Position numbers and translations under genes: made by a program
Notes under the pieces: model-generated
Told to the model about the DNA's origin: nothing
What the model saw: the letters and a program-made list of their open reading frames with translations, nothing else
The model's database searches: none
Assembly: GCA_900553785.1 (NCBI GenBank)
Contig: USES01000004.1
Location: forward strand, 1 to 63,877
Source of the DNA: an uncultured Clostridium sp.
GTDB lineage: Bacteria > Bacillota > Clostridia > TANB77 > CAG-465
Direction: 5' to 3'
Length of the DNA stretch: 63,877 bases
In this document: piece by piece, positions 56,935 to 63,877 of the stretch
Layout of the letters: the number at the start of each line of letters is the position of its first letter
Position numbering within the stretch: position 1 is the stretch's first letter

Positions 56935-58167
56935 ATGAAAAAAATAGAGTTATTAGCACCAGCAGGAAGCTTGGAAAAAGCCAAAATTGCATTTTTATAT
57001 GGAGCTGATGCAGTATATGCTGGAACATCAAAACTTTCTTTAAGAAGTAGAGCAGAGATGAATACAGACACATTGTCTGAAACTATAGAGTACGCACATA
57101 GCATAGGAAAAAAAGTTTATGTTGCTATGAATATTTATGCTTATGATGAGGACTACGATGAGGTGGAAAAAGAAATTGCACACTTAAGAGATATACATGC
57201 AGATGCAATAATTGCAAGTGATGGAGGCATAATTGAGTGTATAAAGCGTATTGCACCTGACATGGAAATACACTTGAGCACTCAGGCAAATGCAACTAGT
57301 ATGCATGCTTGTAATTTCTGGTATAAAAACGGTGCGAAAAGAATGATACTTGCACGTGAATTATCTAAAGATAAAATAGAGTATATTATGAAACATAAAC
57401 CAGAGGGTATGAAAATAGAAATGTTTATACATGGTGCTATTTGTTTTGCGTATTCTGGAAGATGTTATTTAAGCCAATACTTAACAGATAGAGGAGCAAA
57501 TTGTGGCGATTGTAGTCAGCCATGTCGTTTTCAATATAAAGTATCCGCTGAGGAAGTAAACACTCCTGGAAGCATAGTTAATGTGGATTTTGATGAAAAG
57601 GGAACATATATATTTTCCTCTAAAGACTTGTGTTTAATTAAACAAATACCTACTATTATAGACATGGGAGTGGATAGTTTAAAAATTGAGGGAAGACTTA
57701 AGACAGATTACTATTTAGCTACAGTGACAAGAGTTTATAGACAAGCAATAGATGATTATGTAGCTTCGCCAGACACTTGGAATTATACAAAGTATTTAAA
57801 AGAACTAGAAAAAGTAAAGACTAGGGGAGTATCTGAATTTTATTTTACAAATCCTAAAAACCAAGATATACATGACTTTGATGGCTTTAGTGAAAATTTA
57901 TCTTATGAATACGGTGCAAAAGTATTAGAAAAACTAGACGGTAATAAGTATAAAGTAGAGATAAAAAATAAATTAAAACTTGGAGATTACCTAGAAGTGC
58001 TATCACCTAAAAGTATAGAACCACTACCATTTAACATTGAAAAATTATATGACGTAAGAACAGGCGAGCCAATGGAGGCAATAAACCCTGGAATAAAAGG
58101 ACAAGCAGTTATAATAGAGGTACCATATAAAATGGACAAAAACTGGATAATGAGGAGAAAGAAATAG
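56935..58167 (+). CDS. Peptidase U32 family protein
   Basis: ELLAPAG..A..YGADAVY N-terminus and Cys-rich centre typical of U32. Confidence 0.85.
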   Translation: MKKIELLAPAGSLEKAKIAFLYGADAVYAGTSKLSLRSRAEMNTDTLSETIEYAHSIGKKVYVAMNIYAYDEDYDEVEKEIAHLRDIHADAIIASDGGIIECIKRIAPDMEIHLSTQANATSMHACNFWYKNGAKRMILARELSKDKIEYIMKHKPEGMKIEMFIHGAICFAYSGRCYLSQYLTDRGANCGDCSQPCRFQYKVSAEEVNTPGSIVNVDFDEKGTYIFSSKDLCLIKQIPTIIDMGVDSLKIEGRLKTDYYLATVTRVYRQAIDDYVASPDTWNYTKYLKELEKVKTRGVSEFYFTNPKNQDIHDFDGFSENLSYEYGAKVLEKLDGNKYKVEIKNKLKLGDYLEVLSPKSIEPLPFNIEKLYDVRTGEPMEAINPGIKGQAVIIEVPYKMDKNWIMRRKK

Positions 58168-58874
58168 TGGAAGTATTTGAAAATATAGATGTTGAGCCTA
58201 TGTTTAATAGAACAAAATTGCTGTTTGGTGAACCAAACTTACAAAAAATAAGACATGCCAATATATGTATATGTGGTGTTGGTGGAGTAGGCTCATACGT
58301 CTTAGAGGCAATTTGCAGAATGGGAGTAGAAAGTATTACTGTAATAGATAAAGATAAGGTAGATGCTTCTAATATAAATAGGCAACTAGTAGCATCATGG
58401 TGTACCGTTGGTATGGAAAAAGCAGAAGTGGCTAAAGTTCATATTGAGACAATAAGCCCTAAAACAAAAGTTAATGCAATAGTAGACTATATAGATGTAG
58501 CTAATGTAGAAAAATATATAACAGGTGATTTTGATTACGTTATAGATGCAATAGACAGCATTGCTTCAAAAATCGCTATAATTAAAAGATGTAAAGAATT
58601 AAATATTCCAGTTATTTCTTCAATGGGAATGGCAAATAAATTAGACCCTTTAAAAATAAAGGTAGCAGATATATCTAAAACAACTGTATGTCCACTTGCA
58701 AGAATTATAAGGAAAAAACTAAAAGAATTAAATATAAAGGACGTAAAAGTTGTGTATTCTGAAGAAGAACCAATAAAAAATGAAAGTAATATATTGGGAA
58801 GCGTACCTTTTGTACCATCTGTTGGTGGACTTGTAATAGCGTCTGAAGTAGTAAAGGATATAATAAATAGGTAA
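58167..58874 (+). CDS. tcdA: tRNA threonylcarbamoyladenosine dehydratase (ThiF family)
   Basis: CGVGGVGS nucleotide loop, D..SN.NRQ motif. GTG start overlaps the upstream stop. Confidence 0.85.
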   Translation: MEVFENIDVEPMFNRTKLLFGEPNLQKIRHANICICGVGGVGSYVLEAICRMGVESITVIDKDKVDASNINRQLVASWCTVGMEKAEVAKVHIETISPKTKVNAIVDYIDVANVEKYITGDFDYVIDAIDSIASKIAIIKRCKELNIPVISSMGMANKLDPLKIKVADISKTTVCPLARIIRKKLKELNIKDVKVVYSEEEPIKNESNILGSVPFVPSVGGLVIASEVVKDIINR

Positions 58875-58877
58875 TAT

Positions 58878-58903
58878 AAAAACCAGCATTATGCTGGTTT
58901 TTA
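58878..58903. terminator. Bidirectional terminator
   Basis: AACCAGCAT / ATGCTGGTT stem flanked by A- and T-runs. Confidence 0.8.
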
Positions 58904-59428
58904 TTATTTATCTGAATATACGAAAAATGAATCTATTTTAGATTTTGCATATTCATTATTATTTGATACGATGTAAATCAAATAATTATCATAAGATATT
59001 TTTGAGTAATTTTGAACAAGTTGAGCTTGATTTTTATCAGTTCCTTCCCATCTTTTTTCTAAGTAATCCATATATTCTAATACACTTGCTTCTATTAGTG
59101 ATTTGCTACCTTTTTTTAGTCTTAATACTAAAAATGTTGTAGCATCATTTGTAGAAGTCATTACAGAATAACCTTCTAAGTATTGAGGTTCAATTCCCAT
59201 AACATACTTTAAAGTTTCTTCGTCTACATCTTTTAAATCATTAAATAATAGCTCTTCAGATTTATCGTCTTTTTTTAATGAAAGTAAATATTTTTTTACT
59301 TCATCTACTGTTTTATCATGAAAATATGGTACAGTTTCTTTACTAGGTTCCAATGCTAGTATTAAAAGGGAAGATATGACTATAACTATTATAGATAATA
59401 CAATTGCAGATATTGTTTCTGATTTCAT
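58904..59428 (-). CDS. DUF4358-like exported protein (second copy)
   Basis: N-terminal TM. Overall similarity to 17604..18083. Confidence 0.6.
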   Translation of the reverse strand: MKSETISAIVLSIIVIVISSLLILALEPSKETVPYFHDKTVDEVKKYLLSLKKDDKSEELLFNDLKDVDEETLKYVMGIEPQYLEGYSVMTSTNDATTFLVLRLKKGSKSLIEASVLEYMDYLEKRWEGTDKNQAQLVQNYSKISYDNYLIYIVSNNNEYAKSKIDSFFVYSDK

Positions 59429-59525
59429 TTTTTATCGCTCCTTAAGAATATACTAAGATAATACAACAATTGTCGTATAAAGTCAATTATTGTTATAATA
59501 TTTGTTAAAAAAATAATAGTCACAC

Positions 59526-59555
59526 TTGACAATACATATTATGCTGTGTTACAAT
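59526..59555 (+). promoter_or_regulatory. Sigma-A promoter of tRNA-Arg
   Basis: TTGACA, 18 nt, TACAAT. Confidence 0.6.
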
Positions 59556-59567
59556 AATAATTGTGAT

Positions 59568-59644
59568 GTTGCTGTAGCTCAGTAGGATAGAGCAACAGCC
59601 TTCTAAGCTGTGGGTCGGACGTTCGAATCGTCTCAGCAACACCA
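59568..59644 (+). tRNA. tRNA-Arg (anticodon TCT)
   Basis: Acceptor GTTGCTG/CAGCAAC, anticodon loop CTTCTAA, encoded CCA. Confidence 0.9.
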
Positions 59645-59649
59645 ATAAG

Positions 59650-59685
59650 AAAACCTAGGATTGATTTCCTAGGTTTAATTTTTAC
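59650..59685. terminator. Bidirectional terminator
   Basis: AACCTAGGA / TCCTAGGTT stem. Confidence 0.75.
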
Positions 59686-60611
59686 TTATCTTTTAATATT
59701 TCTTTAGCAGCTCCTAATGCTCCAAAAGCAGCACTTGTATCGAATGGAATAAATACTTTGTTTGCAGTTCCGTTTGACACTTTTTCAAGAGATTCTAATG
59801 CTTTTAATGTAACCAATTCTTTGCTTGGTTTAGATTTCATTATAGCTCCATAAACTGCTTCTATTTCTTGTGCTTTAGCTTCAGCCATCTTTTTTAATGC
59901 TTCTGCAGTACCCTCTGCTTCAAGTATTTTAGCTTCTCTAATACCTTGAGCTCTTCTAATACTTGTTTCACGTTCTGCTTCTGCAGATAATATAGCAGCT
60001 TCTTTTTTACCTTCAGCATGTGTTATATCTGCTTGCCTTGCACCCTCAGCTTCAAGAATAACAGCTCTTTTATTCCTTTCTGCATTCATTTGCTTTTCCA
60101 TTGCATCACGAATATCTTTTGGTGGGTTGATGTCTTTAATTTCAACTCTATCTATTTTACATCCCCATTTATCTGTTGCTTCATCAAGTATTTGTCTTAG
60201 TTGAGTGTTTATTACATCTCTTGAACTAAAAGTACTATCTAAGTCCATTTTACCAACTATATCACGTATTGTAGTTATTGCTAGATATTTTATACCTTCA
60301 CGTAAGTTCTCTATTTCGTATACTGCTTTAACAGGATCACTAATTTGGTAGAACACAACTGTGTCAATTGTTATTGTAACATTATCTTTAGTTATAACAT
60401 TTTGAGGCTCTACATCCATTGTTTGTTGTTTTAAACTTACAACAGATCTAACATTGTCTACGAAAGGTAATATTACATTAAGACCAGCATCAGCTACTTT
60501 ATAAAATTTACCAAATCTTTCGATTATGTATACGTGGGCTTGCCTAACTACTTTGATAGAAAACATAGCTATTATTATAACAACAGCCATTATAATTAAA
60601 ACTACTGTCAT
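59682..60611 (-). CDS. SPFH/band 7 (stomatin-like) protein
   Basis: N-terminal TM, SPFH core, Ala/Glu-rich coiled-coil tail. Confidence 0.9.
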   Translation of the reverse strand: MTVVLIIMAVVIIIAMFSIKVVRQAHVYIIERFGKFYKVADAGLNVILPFVDNVRSVVSLKQQTMDVEPQNVITKDNVTITIDTVVFYQISDPVKAVYEIENLREGIKYLAITTIRDIVGKMDLDSTFSSRDVINTQLRQILDEATDKWGCKIDRVEIKDINPPKDIRDAMEKQMNAERNKRAVILEAEGARQADITHAEGKKEAAILSAEAERETSIRRAQGIREAKILEAEGTAEALKKMAEAKAQEIEAVYGAIMKSKPSKELVTLKALESLEKVSNGTANKVFIPFDTSAAFGALGAAKEILKDK

Positions 60612-60614
60612 GTT

Positions 60615-61061
60615 TTATTCCTCCTCTATTTTACTAACTAACAGTTTTACTCCATCTATGCCATTTACTTTTACAAGACTATCTTTTGGAATAACAATAT
60701 TGCTTTCTGTTATCGCTGTCCATATTTCTCCAGATACTTTTACTTGACCCGGAACAAGATCGCTATTTATATCTTTAATGACTACAGCTGTTTTACCTAT
60801 TAGTGCGTTTGAATTTGTTGAAGTGTCATTAGATTTAAATATCTTTTTTATTAAAGGCCTTATAAATATTATCATAAGAGTTGTAGTAACCGCAAATGAT
60901 ATAATTTGAACTGTGGTGCTGAAATTAAATAGTGCGAGTAAAAAAGATATAAAAGCAGCAATTCCAGGTAAAAATAATAAAAAGCTTACTGTAAATATTT
61001 CTGCAACAAAACAAATTCCGCTTATTATTAGCCATATTGCTTCATTAGACATAAAAGACAT
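60615..61061 (-). CDS. NfeD-family membrane protein
   Basis: TM bundle plus a C-terminal OB-fold (GQVKVSGEIW). Classic partner of SPFH. Start moved to ATG 61061 behind GGAGGTG. Confidence 0.85.
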   Translation of the reverse strand: MSFMSNEAIWLIISGICFVAEIFTVSFLLFLPGIAAFISFLLALFNFSTTVQIISFAVTTTLMIIFIRPLIKKIFKSNDTSTNSNALIGKTAVVIKDINSDLVPGQVKVSGEIWTAITESNIVIPKDSLVKVNGIDGVKLLVSKIEEE

Positions 61062-61206
61062 AAAGATCACCTCCAATGATAAATTACAGTATTAAAGCTA
61101 CATAAATTATATAATAATTCGACATAAAAAGAAATACTTTTATAAAAAAAGATTGTATTATTTAGGCATTATATGTATAATCTAGATAGAAAGTATAAGG
61201 GGTTTT

Positions 61207-62781
61207 ATGTTAGAAAAAATTAAAAAGTATATGGTATATTTAGTTTTGCTAATAACTATATTTGTTTTATTTATCAACAGTTCATATCAATCATTAAATC
61301 GTTTTTCTAAAACAAGATATGTGGTAAATAATGAAGTAAAAGAAATTAGAAATAACATTGTATATGATAATAGTTATATATATATTTCTTATGAAGATAT
61401 GGAGCACCAAATTCCAGATAACATATTTAAAGAAAGTGCTTTGAAAAAAATAATAATAACTGCAAATAATAAAGTTAAGGTATATTCATTAGATTCTAAA
61501 GAATCATATACAAATTATACATTAGATAACGAAAATAACATTGTTAAATACTTATCATACGATGGTAAAGATTATATTCTATTGGATGAACTTTGCAGTA
61601 TTTATGGTTTTGATAAAATTGTAGACAAAGAACTCAATATGATAAATGTTATAAATAGTGAAGTACAAATTGCTAAACTTAACTGTTACAGAGAGTATGG
61701 CTATTTAACAGATAACAACAAATCTAAAAGGATAACTTTAGATAGAAAGATAGTTTTAAATGTTGTAAAGGATGATAACTATTACAGTGAAACTGCTGAT
61801 ATGGTTTGTGCTGTAGTAGAAGTGGATAATATTAAAAGAGCAGTGTATATACCAAAGAAGAGTATAGATATGGACTTTGAGTACAAAACAGAAGAAATTG
61901 AAAAAAAAGAATTTAAGTTTTTTGTTCAAAATGAAGATAATCTAAATACAAATACAGAGTATACTACTATTTTTACAGGCTTTAAATTGATTTCAAATGA
62001 TGGCAGTGTTAGTAATGTGTTAGATGCTAATAGTCTTGGAGCAAATACTTATGTCATGATTACTAATGGATATAGAGCATCTAATTATGATAGCGGTATA
62101 ACGTCATATGCATTACAAAATATGGCTTCGAGAGAAAGAATTATAACAGAAGTTACAAATACGATAAAGGATACCAAAGTAGAAGGAATTGTAGTTAATT
62201 TTAGAGATTTCAAAGTAAGTAGTAAGGAATATTTTACACAGTTTATAAAAGAGCTTAGCGAGTATTTACATGGGTATAATAAAAAGCTAATAGTGTACAT
62301 ACCTATTGATGCATTGTACATAGATGAGTTAAGTGTTTTAAAATTTGCAGATAATTGTATTTTTATTGAGTATGGCTTAAAATCTGAAAATTCTATTACT
62401 AGTGGTGCGGATAGTCCGTTATATTTATTTAAAGAAAAAATAGACTATTTAAATGAAAATAACGTAAACATTAGTAAGGTTATAATGGAGACACCTCTGT
62501 ATTCACTTTTATGGATTGAAAAAGAACAAAAAGTTATAGATGTACAGTATTTGTATAAAGCAGCTCTAGATAGCTTTATATCCAAAAACTCTCTTGTACC
62601 TGTTTTAGATGAGAAATCTGGGCAAATGTACGTTGCTTATGAAAAAGGAAGTTTGATGTATAAGGTGTGGCTTGAAGATGATTATTCGCTTAATCAGAAA
62701 ATAAAAATAGCTAAAGATAACATGATTGGTGGAATATCTTTATATAAAAAAGGATATGAAAAAAATGATTTGTTTTTATAG
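61207..62781 (+). CDS. Membrane-anchored GH18-like protein lacking the catalytic DxxDxDxE residues
   Basis: The C-terminal half resembles YaaH/SleL-type GH18 (GGISLYKKGYE end). The catalytic block reads GIVVNFRDF instead of G-x-D-x-D-F-E. Confidence 0.65.
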   Translation: MLEKIKKYMVYLVLLITIFVLFINSSYQSLNRFSKTRYVVNNEVKEIRNNIVYDNSYIYISYEDMEHQIPDNIFKESALKKIIITANNKVKVYSLDSKESYTNYTLDNENNIVKYLSYDGKDYILLDELCSIYGFDKIVDKELNMINVINSEVQIAKLNCYREYGYLTDNNKSKRITLDRKIVLNVVKDDNYYSETADMVCAVVEVDNIKRAVYIPKKSIDMDFEYKTEEIEKKEFKFFVQNEDNLNTNTEYTTIFTGFKLISNDGSVSNVLDANSLGANTYVMITNGYRASNYDSGITSYALQNMASRERIITEVTNTIKDTKVEGIVVNFRDFKVSSKEYFTQFIKELSEYLHGYNKKLIVYIPIDALYIDELSVLKFADNCIFIEYGLKSENSITSGADSPLYLFKEKIDYLNENNVNISKVIMETPLYSLLWIEKEQKVIDVQYLYKAALDSFISKNSLVPVLDEKSGQMYVAYEKGSLMYKVWLEDDYSLNQKIKIAKDNMIGGISLYKKGYEKNDLFL

Positions 62782-62793
62782 GAGAAGATGATT

Positions 62794-63282
62794 ATGGAAA
62801 ATAGAAAAAAATCTGGTATAACACTCATAGCTGTTACAATAGTTATAGTTGTTATGGGAATACTTATTGGATTAACAGTAGTGAGTACTAAAGGAATTGT
62901 TAAGGAATCTAATGCAAGAAATTTTGCTAGTGAGCTTAAGCAATTAGAGTATTTAGCAAAGCAAAATAAAATATTGAATAATAATGAAGACTTTAATTTT
63001 GTAAAGCGTGTTATTTTAATAAGTGATTTAAGTGATGAACAAAAAGAGCAGATGGCTTCTGAGATACAAGATGGTGACACAGAAGTAACGTTATATGAAT
63101 TAGGATTTAATACATTAGATGTCATGGATACATTATATGGCAAAAAAGAAAATGGTGATAATGATGTGTATGTAATATCATATAAAACCGGAAAAATATA
63201 TTATTTAAAAGGATTTAAATGGGATGATGTTACGTATTATACGTTGACAGGAAAACTTAAAGAGCTAGTTTCTGGAATTTAG
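62794..63282 (+). CDS. Pilin-like N-terminal anchor protein, paralog 4
   Basis: Start ATG 62794 behind AGGAGA. MENRKKSG-ITLIAVTIVIVVMGILIG. 13 nt after the GH18-like stop. Confidence 0.75.
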   Translation: MENRKKSGITLIAVTIVIVVMGILIGLTVVSTKGIVKESNARNFASELKQLEYLAKQNKILNNNEDFNFVKRVILISDLSDEQKEQMASEIQDGDTEVTLYELGFNTLDVMDTLYGKKENGDNDVYVISYKTGKIYYLKGFKWDDVTYYTLTGKLKELVSGI

Positions 63283-63396
63283 TGTGAGATATACTTGACA
63301 TATGTGGTATAATATTTATGTACCTTGTTCTAGGATTTAACTTCCTCAGATTATATCTTGGAATTAGGCGAATTTAATATAAGGAGGAAAAACGTT

Positions 63397-63660
63397 ATGA
63401 CAACAGAAAGAAAGCAAGAAATTCTAACTACTTACGCAAGAACTGAAGGCGACACTGGTTCTGTAGAAGTTCAAGTAGCTCTTTTAACAGAGAGAATAAG
63501 AGAACTTACAGAGCATTTGAAAGTTCATAAAAAAGATGAACACTCAAGACGTGGTCTTTTAATTATGGTTGGTAAGAGAAAAAGATTATTAGCTTATCTT
63601 GAAAAAGTAGATATTGAAAGATATCGTGCTTTAATATCTAAGTTAGGAATAAGAAAATAA
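63397..63660 (+). CDS. rpsO: 30S ribosomal protein S15
   Basis: [34 protein letters not shown]. Start moved to ATG 63397 behind AAGGAGGA. Confidence 0.95.
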   Translation: MTTERKQEILTTYARTEGDTGSVEVQVALLTERIRELTEHLKVHKKDEHSRRGLLIMVGKRKRLLAYLEKVDIERYRALISKLGIRK

Positions 63661-63669
63661 CATTAAGAT

Positions 63670-63702
63670 ACCTTTGGATTTATTATCCAAAGGTGTTTTT
63701 TT
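63670..63702 (+). terminator. Terminator after rpsO
   Basis: ACCTTTGGAT / ATCCAAAGGT stem and a T7 run. Confidence 0.85.
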
Positions 63703-63877
63703 AGTAAAAAGAAATTAGAAAATTGAAAGTGTATTATCATAGATTGACAATAAAATTTTATAAAATAACTAAAATTCCTTGAAAATTATAACAGTTTATT
63801 ATAAAATTTTTGGAAAATAAAGGAGAAAAACAAATGAAATTATTGGAAAATAATGTAAATGGGGGGGGGGCAAAAAA

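Noticed and set aside
63834-63877. ATG with AAGGAGAA SD opening an ORF (MKLLENNVNGG...) that runs into G10 then CAAAAAA at the window end
   Set aside because: Only 14 codons are visible, and the terminal poly-G looks like a sequencing or assembly end artefact. It is not annotated.

Overview
AT-rich chromosomal segment from a low-GC Gram-positive bacterium, Clostridia-like judging by SpoIID, Mini-III, FapR and a CBS-type family II pyrophosphatase. The core backbone is easy to read. It includes typA, an ABC-F ATPase, mrnC, ogg, leuS, a Val-Asp-Phe-Gly tRNA cluster plus tRNA-Cys and tRNA-Arg, and a pssA-psd lipid operon. It also includes the str operon (rpsL-rpsG-fusA-tuf), fapR-plsX-acpP-rnc, tcdA, an SPFH/NfeD pair and rpsO. 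Accessory material is interspersed between these blocks. (1) Three paralogous ORFs made of 20-residue LRR-like repeats, plus two orphan ORFs, sit directly after tuf. (2) A lemA-DUF2207-radical SAM/SPASM operon is bracketed by 55-nt direct repeats, and the DUF2207 protein ends in (CSSCGGG)x3. (3) Four dispersed proteins share a pilin-like N-terminus that lacks Glu+5. (4) A solo relE is flanked by 15-nt direct repeats and has no antitoxin. (5) There is a 155-aa miniature ABC-like ATPase. (6) Two blocks use G/C-ending codons that are otherwise rare here: a two-ORF cassette at 24.7 kb, and a membrane ORF plus EctB-like transaminase just upstream of rpsL. (7) An ABC-2 permease is fused to a CPBP protease. 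(8) An MBOAT/DHHW/DUF4358/SH3-SGNH O-acylation cluster lies on the minus strand. The most unusual signal is a shared leader layout on seven unrelated accessory genes: promoter, 22-25 nt, a perfect AATT-centred palindrome, then the SD. Four of these share the core TTTAATTAAA. No CRISPR array, transposase, integrase or rRNA was seen. All functional calls come from motif recognition by eye, with no database search.
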